From Malacoraja senta (taxonomy: Eukaryota), in the NCBI GenBank assembly GCA_038087875.1, contig CM075995.1:684001-748000 (forward strand): 64,000 nt of DNA. The letters run 5' to 3'. The translations under genes and the position numbers were made by a program. Position 1 is the stretch's first letter; every line of letters begins with the position of its first letter. The notes beneath the pieces were generated by a model. It was not told the origin of the DNA, did no database searches, and saw nothing but the letters and a program-made list of their open reading frames with translations. Below, one piece after another: positions 37,314-49,789 of the stretch.

Positions 37314-39142
37314 CTGGAAGTACAAAAGTGAAAATTTAAATAAAAAGATCCAATACTTAACAATTAAACATTGTTAGAGTCACAGAGTGATATGGTGTGG
37401 AAACAGGCCCTTCAGCCTTGCTTGCCCACACAAATACAAAGGACATTTATTATCACATACACCAATTGGTGTAGTGAAATTTGACTTGCCATTGCAGCAC
37501 ACAGATAAAGATAAGACACAACATTAAAGAATTTAACAATAAACATAAAAACATCCCCCCCACAATGGTTCCCACTGTGAGGGAAGGCACAAAGTCCAGT
37601 CCCCATCCCCTTGTCCACCCATAGTCGGGCCTATTGAGGACTCCGCAGTCGTCGCTACGGTGGCCCGATGTTCCAGGCCGTTCTCGCCGGGTGATGGTGC
37701 TCCGGCGTCGGGAGAATCCTCTCAGCGGCTTGGGACACCTGGAACGGCCGCTTACTTACTGTAAGCTGGATGGAGCTCCAACACTGGCGATCTTGCCGAG
37801 AGATCCCAGGCTCCCGATGTTAAAGTCAGCGCCGCCGCCCGCAGCTGACCACACCGGCCATCATGTCCCAGCTACACTAGTCCCACCTGCCTTAATGTGG
37901 TCCATACCCCTTCAAACCTGTCCTATCCATGTACCTGTCTAACTGCTACTTAAACGTTGGGATAGTCCCCGCCTCAACTACCTCCTCTGTCAGCTTGTTC
38001 CATACACCCACCAACCTTTGAGCAAAAAAGTTACCCCTCAGATTCCTTAAATCTTTTCCCCTTCACCCTAAGCCTATGTCCTCTAGTCCTCGATTAATCT
38101 ACTGTGGGCAAGAGATTCTGCGTCTATGTTCATAACAGTGAAAAATAATTCATGAGAGGAATAGATCAGGTAGATGCACAGTGTCTCTTGCCCAGAGTAG
38201 GTGAATCGAGGACCGTGTGGTTTATGTCCGGGAGCTCCGGTTTCCTCCCACATTCCAAAGAGGTACAGGTCTGCCTCTTAATTGGCTCGGTATAGTTGTA
38301 AATTGTCCCTAGTGTGCGGGGATCGCTGGTCAGCACGGACTCGGTGGGCCGAAGGGCCACTGTGCCACCCGCAAACCAAAAGCTATTCCATCGTGTCACA
38401 CAGCCAATGAAGCACATTTGAAGTAAAATTACCATAATTACGTAGGTAAATCCAGAGGTGCATGAAAATGATCAGTTATATAAAGAATGCACTGAATGAC
38501 TTCAGTACTCCCAGCCATTGAAGATATGACTGGATTTTCTCTGGCAATCAAGCCTGTGACTGTACTGGTGCATAATTAAGTTTATTTTTGTGCAAATAAT
38601 GTAATTATTTTCAATGCACCATTTTTTTCTGGATAAATTGCCCAGTTGGTATTGGATAAATTGCTGCAGTTGCTGTTTTAGTTTTCCCTTGCTGTTTAAA
38701 TACACTGCTGCCAGTAGAGAGAATATTGACTGGACGTATCACGGCCTGGTTCGGCAACTCGACAGCCCAGGAACGAAAGAAGTCTGCAAAAAGTGGTGAG
38801 AACTGCCCCCGGTCCATCTGACCTCCCCACTAGCGACTCCTGCAGGAGTCGCTGCCTCAAAATGGCAGCCAGCATCATCAGAGACTCACACCACCCTGGC
38901 CACGCTCTCATTTCATTCCTGCCATTGGGAAGGTGAGATGGGGCCTGAAAACATCCAGGAACAGCTTCTTCCCGAAAGCCATCAGGCTATTAAAACACTA
39001 CAACCTTCAAAGAAGCTCTGAACTACATAGACTTATTTTGTCCTCTGCTATCTTATATCTGTTCCATTTAGTATCCCAAAATGGAACAGATATATAAACA
39101 GAGTACTCCGCTATATACATAAAATGTTTGTAAAAAATGTCA

Positions 39143-39177
39143 GTGTGTGTGTGTATATGAATGTGTGTGTGCGCACT

Positions 39178-39232
<55 letters not shown>
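39143..39232. repeat. (TG)n/(TA)n microsatellite
   Basis: About 20 TA units flanked by TG and CA runs. Confidence 0.9.
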
Positions 39233-39233
<1 letters not shown>

Positions 39234-39603
39234 CACTCGTGCACTTGATTCTAGTTGATTGTACACAAAGTTAATAGACAATAGGTGCGGGAGTAGGCCA
39301 TTCGGCCCTTCGAGCCAGCAACGCCATTCAATGTGATCATGGCTGATCATCCGCAATCAGTATCCCGTTCCTGCCTTCTCTCCATATCCCCTGACTCCGC
39401 TATCTTTAAGAGCCCTATCTAGCTCTCTCTTGAAAGTATCCAGAGAACCTGCCTCCACCGCCCTCTGAGGCAGAGAATTCCACAGATTCACAACTCTATG
39501 TGTGAAAAAGTGTTTCCTCATCTCCGTTCTAAATGGCTTACCCCTTATTCTTAAACTGTGACCCCTGGTTCTGGACTCCCCCAAGGTTAATTTACTCAAG
39601 AGT

Positions 39604-39918
39604 CACGGTGGCGCAGCGGTAGAGTTGCTGCCTTACAGCGAATGCATCGCCGGAGACCCAGGTTCGATCCTGACTACGGGTGCTGTCTGTACGGAGTTTG
39701 TACGTTCTCCCCGTGACCTGCGTGGGTTTTCTCCGAGATCTTCGGTTTCCTCCCACATTCCAAAGACGTAAAGGTTTGTAGGTTAGTTGGCTTGGTAAAT
39801 GTAAAAAAAATTGTTCCTAGTGTGTGTAGGATAGTGTTAATGTGCGGGGATCGCTGGCCGGTGTGGACCGTGTGGGCCGAAGGGCTTGTTTCCGTGCTGC
39901 ATTTCTAAACTAAACTAA
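39604..39918 (+). mobile_element. tRNA-derived SINE, full length
   Basis: A/B boxes, core and CTAAA tail. Confidence 0.87.
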
Positions 39919-40066
39919 AGTCGAGTGTGTTATTATCATATGCCCTGAAAAGAAACAATGAGATTCTTATTTGCAGCAGCAGTGTGTATGTGTGTGCGTG
40001 TGCGTGTGTGTTACATTGAAAGCCTAATTAGTTTAGTAATTTCAATAGGACGATTGTGCGAGGTAA

Positions 40067-40763
40067 AGGGCCTGTCCCACTTACGTGTTCTTGGCACGCA
40101 AATTACACAACCTCGTGGTCGCGTTGAGGCGCACGAGCATCGTATAGCCGCGCGGGGTCAGTCCCACTGAGAAGCGCGGGGGGGTATGGAGATGTGCGCG
40201 ACATCGCGCGGGGCTCCGAAATTTTTGTAGCGAACAAAATCTTCGCGCGCCAACGGCCTGTCGCGGAACTGACGGCCAAAGTGGGACAGGCCCAAGACCC
40301 TGGCGCGACGCAACGTCTCACCTCCAACAGCAACAGAAGCAGGAAAACGATCGCCGAACTCGGCCTGGGGCTCACGGCCGTTTGCTGTCCGGATCCGCCT
40401 CCACTCCTACTCCCAGAGCGGGGCCAAGAAAATTGAAGATAGACACAAAATGCAGGAGTAACTCAGCGGGACCGGCAGCATCTCTGGAGAGAAGCAATGG
40501 GTGACGTTTCGGGTCAAGACCCTTCTTTCAAACTGAAGGAGAGTCTCGACCCGAAACATCACCCATTCCTTCTCTCCAGAGATGCTGCCGGTCCCGCTGA
40601 GTTACTCCTGCATTTTGTGTCCATCTTCAAATGACGTCACACGCTCGAGACGGCTGTGCGGGCGTATGAAATCCCGCGCGACCTTTGCGGGACAGTCGCG
40701 CCTCAACGTGACCACGAGGTCGCGTAATTAGCGTGCCAAGGACACGTAAGTGGGACAGGGGCT
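40067..40763. mobile_element. PIF/Harbinger-type MITE, family A (opposite orientation to 28990-29870)
   Basis: TIR AGGGCCTGTCCCACTTACGTG / CACGTAAGTGGGACAGGGGCT, TAA on both flanks, interior is the reverse complement of the 29 kb copy. Confidence 0.88.
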
Positions 40764-41560
40764 TAAGTTTAGATTAGTTTACTTTAGAGATACAGCGCAG
40801 AAACAGGCCCTTCGGCCCACCAAGTCAACGCCAACCTAACACTATCCCACACACACACGAGGGAAAATTCACACTTATACAAACCCAAGCCAATTAACCT
40901 ACAAACCTGTACGTCTTTGGAGTGTGGGAAGAAACCAAAGTTAACGGAGAAAACCCGCGCGGTCACGGGGAGAAAGTACAAATTCCGTATAGACAGCATC
41001 CGTAGTCGGGATCGAACCCCCGTCTCTGCCGCTGCAAGCGCTATAAGGCAGCAGCTCTACCCCTGTGCCACCGTGCCACCCAAGTTCGCTCTTTTACCCA
41101 GAGAGCGGCTGCCAAGGGTGGTGGTGAAGGCAGATCCGATAATGGCATTAAAGAGGTTTTTCAATAAAGGCATGGATCTGCAGAGAATGGAGGGATATGG
41201 GTCACGTGCAAGTAGAGGAGATCTGTTTATCTTGGCATTATGTTCAGCACAAACATTTTGGGCTGAAGGGCTTGGTTGTGTGTTGTCCTGTTCTATGTTA
41301 TTTTTCCATTGAATTTCAACGGTGGCATTATGGAAAATGCTCACAAATTTTTTTTAGTTTAACGATACAGTTCGGAAACAGGCCCTTCGGCCCACTGGGA
41401 CCGCGCCGACCAGCATTCCCTGCATATTAACACTCTTGGGACAATTTTTACATTCACCAAGCCAATTAACCTACAAACCTGTAAGTCTTTGGCGTGTGGG
41501 AAGAAACCGAAGATCTTGGAGAAAACACGCGCGGTCATGGGGAGAACGTACAAACTCCGT

Positions 41561-42020
41561 ACATAGAAACACAGAAATATTGAAAATAGGTGCAGGAGGA
41601 GGCCATTCGGCCCTTCGAGCCAGCACCGCCATTCATTGTGATCATGGCTGATCGTCCCCAATCAATAACCTGTGCCTGCCTTCTCCCCATATCCCTTGAT
41701 TCCACTAGCCCCTAGAGCTCGATCTAACTCTCCCTTAAATCCATCCAGTGATTTGGCCTCCACTGCCCTCTGTGGCAGGGAATTCCACAAATTCACAACT
41801 CTCTGGGTGAAAACGTTTTTTCTCACCTCAGTCTTAAATTGCCTCCCCTTTATTCTAAGACTGTGGCCCCTGGTTGTGTGACTCGTCCAACATTGGGAAC
41901 ATTGTTCCTGCATCTAACTCTTCCAGTCCTTTTATAATTTTATATGTTTCTATAAGATCCCCCTCATCCTTCTAAACTCCAGTGAATACAAGCCAGTCTT
42001 TTCAATCTTTCCTCATATGA
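41561..42020 (-). mobile_element. CR1 3' fragment nested in a SINE (41355-42110)
   Basis: SINE sequence CCGTACA|GACAG is interrupted by a CR1 tail and ORF end. Confidence 0.8.
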
Positions 42021-43134
42021 CAGACAGTGCCCATAGTCAGGATCGAACCCGGGTCTCTGGCGCTGTAAGTGCTGCAAGGCAGCAACTCCACCACCGTACC
42101 ACTGTGCTGCCCCACACCCTCATACTTCCTAATTCTTCAATAAATTTAGCCCAAGTGTTGTATATTTATCAAATCTCTATTTTTATAACCACAGCTACAC
42201 ATTAAAACCAATATTTGTTGCTTATATCCAGATGGGTTAAGGAGAGCTCAGCTTATCGTTTTAAAGACTCATTCGGTTTCCCTGGTCATTTTGTTTGTGG
42301 ACAATTCTGCTGAACTTTTATTTTCTCCAGGTTCTTTTGCCCTGCAGTGGGTTGTCACTGTTTCCCCCAAGAAGTTGTACGCAGTAAGTACCCAAAGTGT
42401 GACAAATAGTACTCGAGGACTCGCAAAATAAGGGATTTGTCCTTGCCGTGATTATTTTAAATGAATACGTTGATGTCCATGAGATGGAGTGCATGGTGAT
42501 GGTGGCCCGTCGGTGATGAGGATGGCGGGTTGTGCAGTCTCAATTCTGGTGATTTCTGACCAGGCTCACGAGTGCTGCACAAAAAACCTGTGCGTGAAAA
42601 GTGTGTTTAAGGTGGAGAAGCTGTCGCACTGTAACAACCCCACCCTCTCGGCCGCAGACGTCAGAGTCCCAGTGGTACGAAGAATCATCACGGCTGGAGA
42701 CTTCTTGGCTGCAGTGGGTGGCCATGTCGTCTTTAGTGCTCTGACTAACCCCTCGCATTCCACGGTGCGTCGCCTTTCCAGCCGTTGGTTCATAAAGATC
42801 TCTTCCGCCGGGTCCGCCAAAGCAGACTTTCCATGAAGGATGAGCGTGTCCCACAGGTTGAACTGGACTACATGGTACCAGTTGCACGGCTATGCCTTCA
42901 CCTGACAGTATGTACTGTAAAAAGTATGTACTGCAAATAGCCAAATTCTGATCAAATCATTCCTGAACGTGACCATAAACTAAACCTAGAAACATAGAAA
43001 ACAGGTGCAAGAGTAGGCCATTCCCGCCATTCAATATGATCATGGCTGATCATCCAAAATCAGTACCCCGTTCCTGCTTTTTCCCCATATCCCTTGATTC
43101 TGTTAGCCCGAAGAGCTAAATCTAACTCTGTCTT

Positions 43135-43742
43135 CATAACAAGAGGAATTGAGTAGAGCAGCAAAGAGGTCCTTCAGCAGTTGTACAGGGCGCTGGTGAG
43201 ACCACACCTGGAGTATTGTTTGCAGTTTTGGTTTCCGAGTTTGAGAAAGGACATTCTTGCTATTGAGGGAGTGCAGCGTAGATTTACAAGATTAATTCCC
43301 GGGATGGCGGGACTGTCATATGCTGAGAGAATGGAGCGGCTGGGCTTGTATACTCAGGAATTTAGAAGGATGAGAGGGCATCTTATTGAAACATATAAGA
43401 TTATTAAGGTTTTGGACACCCTAGAGGAAGGAAACATGGTCCCGGTGTTGGGGGAGTCCAGAACCAGGGGCCACAGTTTAAGAATAAGGGGTAAGCCATT
43501 TAGAATGGAGAGGAGGAAACACTTTTTCACACAGAGAGTTGTGAGTCTGTGGAATTCTCCGCCTCAGAGGCCGGTTCTCTGGATACTTTCAAGAGAGAGC
43601 TAGATAGGGCTCTTAAAGATAGCGGAGTCAGGGGATATGGGGAGAAGGCAGGAACGGGGGTACTGATTGGGGATGATCAGCCATGATCACATTGAATGGC
43701 GGTGCTGGCTCGAAGGTCCGAATGGCCTACTCCTGCACCTAT
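43135..43742 (+). mobile_element. CR1-clade LINE 3' fragment
   Basis: LYRALVRPHLEYCLQFW...IEGVQRRFTRLIPGM...RTRGHSL...FFTQRVVSLWN plus conserved 3'UTR. Confidence 0.9.
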
Positions 43743-43772
43743 TCAACAACGAATGCAGGATTTCGCAGTTAC

Positions 43773-43896
43773 CTCCATTGTCTCCATTCATGGCATCAGA
43801 TCCTGGGGACCGCGCGCCAGGTAGTTTTAAAGATGCCAACTCCAATCTTTCGACAGACTTCTCCAAACGTTCCACCAGATCCTCCAACTCTGCCAT
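43773..43896 (-). CDS. CAP2: CAP2 first coding exon (N-terminal RLE oligomerisation motif); exon including 5'UTR is 43773-43906
   Basis: Translates MAELEDLVERLEKSVERLELASLKLPGARSPGSDAMNGDNG, similar to the vertebrate CAP N-terminus (LVERLERAVSRLE). Acceptor tttgtgtgtttcag lies 10 nt upstream of the ATG; donor is G|GTAACT, phase 1; 124 coding nt. Confidence 0.93.
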
Positions 43897-43999
43897 TGTG
43901 GATATTCTGAAACACACAAAAACGGCAAGTGATTAGTCGACACGAGGTACAGATCAATGCGCATTTAGCATAAAAGGATAGTTAAACCTCAAGCAACCA

Positions 44000-45250
44000 G
44001 ATCATGTGATAGGAGTAGAATTAGGCCATTCGACCCATCTAGTCTACTCCACCATTCAATCATGGCTGATCTATCTCTATCTCTCTCTCCTAACCCCATG
44101 CATCTGCCTTCTCCGCATACCCTCCGACGCCCGTACTAATCAAGGATCTATCTATCTCTGCCTTAAAAATATCCACTGACTTTGCCTCCAAAGCCCTCCG
44201 TGGCAAAGAATTCCACAGATTCACCTAAAGAAATACCTCCTCATCCCTTTTAAAATACATTTTCTTTAATTATGAGTATGACCTCTGGTCCTAGACTCTC
44301 CCACTAGTGGAAACATCCTCTCCACATCCACTCGAACCAAACCTTTCACTATTCTGTATGTTTCAATGAGGTCGCCCCCTCATCCTTCTAATCTCCAGTG
44401 AGTACAGGCCCAGTGCCGTCAAAAAGGCTCATCATAGGTTAACCCACTCATTCCTGGGATCATTTGTAAACCTCCTCTGGACCCTCTCCAGAGCCAGCAC
44501 ATCCTTCCTCAGATATGCTGCCCAAAACTAGAGGGCGTCACAGTGGCGCAATAGCGTCATAGAGTAATCTAGCCTGGAAACAGGTCCTTCGGCCCAACTT
44601 CGGCATACGTAATGCTAGTATTTATTTCGACAGGGCTAGATACAACAAAAAAAACAGGGATGTAATGCTGAGGTTCTACAAGGCGCTGGTCAGACCGCAT
44701 TTGGAGCATTGGGACCAATTTTGTGCCCCATATCTGAGGATGGATGTGCTGGCTCTCTGGATAGGGTCCAGAGGAGGTTTACGAGAATGATCCCAGGAAC
44801 GAGTGGGTTAACATATGATGAGCGTTTGACGGCACTGGGCCTGTATTCACGGGAGTTTAGAAGGATGTGGGGGGGACCTCATTGAAAATTACCGAATAGT
44901 GTAATACTATTGGATAGAGTGGATGTGGAGAGGATGTTTCCACCAGTGGGATAGTCTGGGACTAGAGGTCATAACCTCAGAATTAATGGACTTCCTTTAG
45001 GAAGGAGATAAGGAGGAATTTCTTTAGTGAGAGGGTGATGAATTTGTGTAATTCATTGCCACAAACGGCTGTGGACGCCAAGTCAATGGATATTTTTAAG
45101 GCAGAGATAGATTCTTGATTAGTATGGGGGTCAGGGGTCACGGGGAGAAGACAGGAGAATGGGGTTCAGAGGGAGTGATAGATCAACCATGATTGAATGG
45201 CGGAGTACACTTGATGGGCTGAATGGCCTAATTCTGCTCCTGTCACATAA
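44000..45250. mobile_element. Two CR1 3' fragments in inverted orientation (44000-44530 minus, 44605-45250 plus)
   Basis: Same subfamily sequence read on opposite strands, separated by about 75 bp. Confidence 0.82.
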
Positions 45251-45274
45251 ACTTGCCCACACCGACCAATATTG

Positions 45275-46055
45275 AAGTCAGGTCAAGTTTATTCATCACA
45301 AACACATACGAGATGTGCAGTGAAATGAAAAGTGGCAATGCTTGCGGATAGTGCAAAAAACAAACAAAAAAAAACTACAAACAGAATGGAACAGAATCAC
45401 ATATTACATATTACATATTTGTGGGAGGAAATAAAAAATAAAAAAACAGCAATTTAAAAAAAAGAACAGTAAAATGGTCCAGTAAAGTTAGTCCCTGGTG
45501 AGATAGGAGTTTACAGTCCTTATGGCCTCTGGGAAGAAACTCCTTCTCAACCTCTCTGTTCTCACAGCATGGCAGCGGAGGCGTTTGCCTGACCGTAGCA
45601 GCTGGAACAGTCCGTTGCTGGGGTGGAAGGGGTCTCCCATGATCCTGTTGGCTCTGGAGTTGCACCTCCTGGTGTATAGTTCCTGCAGGGGGGCGAGTGT
45701 AGTTCCCATAGTGCGTTTGGCCGAACGCACTACTCTCTGCAGAGCCTTCTTGTCCTGGCCAGAGCAGTTCCCAAACCAAATCGTGATATTTCCGGACAAG
45801 ATACTTTCCGCAGCCGCTGAGTAGAAGCACTGGAGGATCCTCAGAGACACTCTGAATTTCCACAATTGCCTGAGGTGGTAAAGGAGCTGCCTTGCCTTAC
45901 TCACGAGTGCTGCAGCGTGTGATGTCCATGTCAGATCCTCTGAGATTTGGACCCCCAGTTATTTAAAACAGCTCACCCTATCTACAGTACCCCATTTATC
46001 TTCAATGGTGTGTACGTCCTCGGATGATGTGCCCTCCTAAAGTCCACAATCAGCA
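45275..46055 (-). mobile_element. Rex1-type LINE 3' fragment
   Basis: LYHLRQL...ESILSGNITIWFGNC...LQRVVRSA...HPSNGLFQLLRSGKR...SFFPEAIR. Confidence 0.85.
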
Positions 46056-47189
46056 CGATCAGAAAGAGCTAATAGTCAAATCTAACAGTCAAATCTAAAA
46101 TGGAGTCGTTCTTCTACAAAAGCATGATCTAGTAGAACAAAAGAATGGCTCGGTGCCAAGTCTGAATGACTTTGTAAATTATATGGAACACAATATGGAG
46201 GACAGGTTGTCTTTTCAATAAAGATGGAATCGTGCAGTAATAACATGTGCTTCATTCAAGGCCATAAAGAAGCCAAGATTGAAAAAATAGCTGACGCCCC
46301 AGAGATAAGTAATAACTTGTTATTGGATGAGCTTGATTTGGACCCAGCTTTCTTATATTCTTATATTTCTTATATTCTGAAAGGCTACAGAATCTTTCAG
46401 TCATGCCATATTCAGACTTGGCAGGAGTGTTTTACTGATAAGAAAAATGTATAATTGTGCTAACTTCCCTTTGTTCTGTGAGTGGGAGCCCGAGAAGCAC
46501 TGAGCAACGTTTGTGCTCATTGTAAATCGTTGCCACTCCCGTCTGACGAATCAATTAAAGATTGCCATGGTCTACCTTTAACAGTTTTTGTTGCTATCTG
46601 CTTTTTAAGAAACGAACTTTGACAACATGTCCCATCTACACTAGTCCCACCTGCCTGCTTTTGGCCCATATATCCCTCTAAACTTGTACAAGACATTGGC
46701 GTGGCCACATTTGGAGTATTCTGTTTGGTTTTGGTCACCCTGCTACAGGTAGGATGTGATGTTGTTAAGCTGGAAAGAGTGCAGGTAAGTTTCATGAGAA
46801 TGTTGCTAAGAATCGAGGGCCTGCGTTACAGGGAGGTCATATGGTCATAAGTGATAGGAGCATTAGGCTGTTCGGCCCATCAAGTCTACTCCACCATTCA
46901 ATCATAGCTGATCTATCCCTCCATACCCGCTGAGTTTCTCCAGCATTTTTGTCTACCTTCGATTTTTCCAGCATCTGCAGTTCTTTCTTAAACTATCCCT
47001 CCCTCCAAACCCCATTCTCCTGCCTTCTCCCCATAACCCTTGACATCCATTCTAATCAAGAATCTATCTTCAAAGACCCACACCATCCTGGTCACACACT
47101 CATTTCACTGTTGCCATCGGTAGGAAGGTAAATCTGTAACATCCAGGTTCAGGAACAGGTACTTCCCCACAGCCACCAGGTTATTAAAC

Positions 47190-48231
47190 TAGGTATGTTA
47201 CAAAACATACCTTCAGTCGCGCTGTAATTCTGCCACTGGCCGTGTGCGCGATTTTGGCGCCTTTAAGGGGGGGCGGGGTTAAAACGCGGGTTTCTCCTCC
47301 CTTGTCCTGGTTAATATTTTGTTGGAGTACAAGCGTTGGCTGAAGAATCGTTCCTAGTGGCATTTTGTGTATTTTTTATTTTTATTAAATCGTCAATGTC
47401 AGCGCTGGAGTAATTTTAAAAGCAGCTCCTGAAGCGTCAACGCCGATAACGGGGACGGATTTCACACACGGGACAGGTAAACGAAAGTGGTTTCTTTAAA
47501 TGTATAAAAGTGCTTCTTAAGAAGCCTTTAATTCACATTTTTGCATGCGACACGGTGATTTTATTCCCCGAATTAACGGCAGTATTTTTCATGCCAATAC
47601 GGGGTTAAATTCACCGCAAATCAACGTTCCAAAAGATCGCGTTCCAGAAAATCCTCACTCACAAGATGATTTAAATGCCCATTAATTTACAGGTATTAAA
47701 CATTCAATTCCTTCCATTTGGCCTGTAAATTCATGAAAATGAGATTTAAAAATTATGTTATATTGTAAATTATTGTGTGAATGTTATTTGGACACTTAGG
47801 CTATTTAAAAATGTTAATCTATTCTTAAGAAATTGATAGATGTTTAGATCTAGTAATTGAATTTTGTAATTAGCTACAATTAGGTAACTAACTAATTATA
47901 TGCTTTACTTTCATGTCTTCTAAGTAAGATTGTTTCATATTTGTTTCAGAATGCTTCAATCTATAATAACTGAAAATTTCTTTCAGTTATCTTAATTTTT
48001 AAGAAAGTTATGGGCTTTTAACTGTCCTCGATCACAGCTTTTGTTTTAAGTCAATGGAAAAGCAATAGGGAACAAGATGCTAATTTCCGAGTATGAAAAT
48101 GGCCATAAATTCTTTAATACTGAAGATATGAAAGTGAATTAGGTGTCAAATTAAACTTCTTTTTATGCTTTATCTGATGGGATAAATTGCCGACTTTATT
48201 TTTAAAATCTCAAAATTTTGTAACATTGCTA
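47190..48231. mobile_element. Non-autonomous TIR DNA transposon (hAT-like TAG ends)
   Basis: Ends TAGGTATGTTACAAAA and TTTTGTAACATTGCTA, direct repeat ATTAAAC on both flanks, AT-rich non-coding interior, interrupts a Rex1-type fragment. Confidence 0.8.
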
Positions 48232-48314
48232 ATTAAACATGACCTCAAATAAGCTCTGAACAATAAGAGCTTATTTTATTGTTTATTTATTTTACTGTTT
48301 ATTTATTGTGTATA

Positions 48315-48911
48315 CAGTGGCTTGCAAAAGTATTCATACCCCTGTATGAATACTTTCTGCAAAAGACTTGAGAATGGGGCGGAGGTTCACCTTCCAGCAG
48401 GACAACGACCCTAAACATACAGCCAGAGCTACAATGGAATGGTTTAGATCAAAGCATATTCATGTGTTAGAATGGCCCAGTCAAAGTCCAGACCTAAATC
48501 CAATTGAGAATCTCTGGCAAGACTTGAAAACTGCTGTTCACAGACGCTCTCCATCCAATCTGACTGAGCTTGAGCTATTTTGCAAAGAAGAATGGGCAGA
48601 AATTTCAGTCTCTAGATGTGCAAAGCTGGTAGAGACATACCCCAAAAGACTTGCAGCTGTAATTGCAGCGAAAGGTGGTTCTACAAAGTATTGACTCAGG
48701 GGGGCTGAATATTTTTGCACGCGACACTTTTCAGTTTTTATTTGTAAAAAAATTTGAAAACCATGTATCATTTTCCTTCCACTTCACAATTATGCACCAC
48801 TTTGTGTTGGTCTATCACATAAAATCCCAATAAAATACATTTACGTTTGTGGTTGTAACGTGACAAAATGTGGAAAAGTTCAAGGGGTATGAAAACTTTT
48901 GCAAGCCACTG
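48315..48911 (+). mobile_element. Internally deleted Tc1 element (second family)
   Basis: TIR CAGTGGCTTGCAAAAGT...CATACCCC at both ends with TA flanks. Retains only the transposase C-terminus at 48368-48694 ([11 protein letters not shown]...[11 protein letters not shown]...GGSTKY*). Confidence 0.93.
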
Positions 48912-48934
48912 TATATGGTCTATGGTCTATAGAC

Positions 48935-49126
48935 ACGCTGAACTTTTCTCCCCGCCTGTTTGGTGGTGAGTAGTCGCCCCTCGCGGGGTGACGCCTTTTA
49001 GAAGTGAGTAGTCGCCCAAAGAGTCGTACCTTTTTCTGGATTTTCAACATGCTGAAAATTTTCGGCAACCTGCTGCAACTATGACGGCAAGTCGCCGAAA
49101 AAAATCGTGTAAGTGGGACAGGCCCT
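48935..49126. mobile_element. Harbinger-type MITE fragment (one end only)
   Basis: Ends AAAATCGTGTAAGTGGGACAGGCCCT-TTA. The same terminal motif occurs singly at 1-19 and 53950-53966. Confidence 0.65.
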
Positions 49127-49789
49127 TTACAGCGCCTTGGGAAGGGAATTGTTTGCTTATTAAGAGGCTTCTTGCTGCTAGCAGTTGTTTGCTGGAACCT
49201 TGCAGGAACCTTGCAGGAACCTTGTCCTACCACGTTGTTCATTAGCAACTGTTTTCCACAAATAGCTCGACTACGTAACATGTGCCAGTCATACCCAAAC
49301 ACATTTACACACACGTCAGCTACACTGTCGTCGATGTCTTCTAATTGGCCAAAACACTGTGTATTTGGTTTATTGTTGGTTAATGTATTGAACTTTGTTT
49401 GTTTGAATGTGGAAACAAGGAACTGCAGATGCAGGTTTACAAAAAAAAGACACAATGTGCTGGAGTAATGTTGGCAAGTTGGTGCCGTGGTAGAGTTGCT
49501 GCCATACAGCGCAAGAGACCCGGGTTCGATCCTGACTATGGGTGCTGTCTGTATGGAGTTTGTACGTTCTCCCCGGGACCTGCGTGGGTTTTCTCTGGGT
49601 GCTCCAGTTTCCTCCCACGCTCCACAGACGAGCAGGTGTGTAGGTTAATTGGCTTCGGTAACAACTGTAAATTGTCCCCAGTGTGAAGGATAGTGCTAGT
49701 GTACGAGGATCGCTGGTCAGTGCGGACACGGCGGGCTGAATGGCCTGTTTCCACACTGTTTCTCTAAATCAAACTAAACACAGCGGGAC

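Noticed and set aside
3223..43896. Assignment to CAP1
   Set aside because: AFEAQRTFLMMA, WVKS, the NG-containing end of the ATG exon, the 101-nt second coding exon and the very large introns fit CAP2 better.
43687..43917. ORF-track call of a 76-aa protein
   Set aside because: Only 43773-43896 is coding. The rest is intron, 5'UTR and a CR1 tail.
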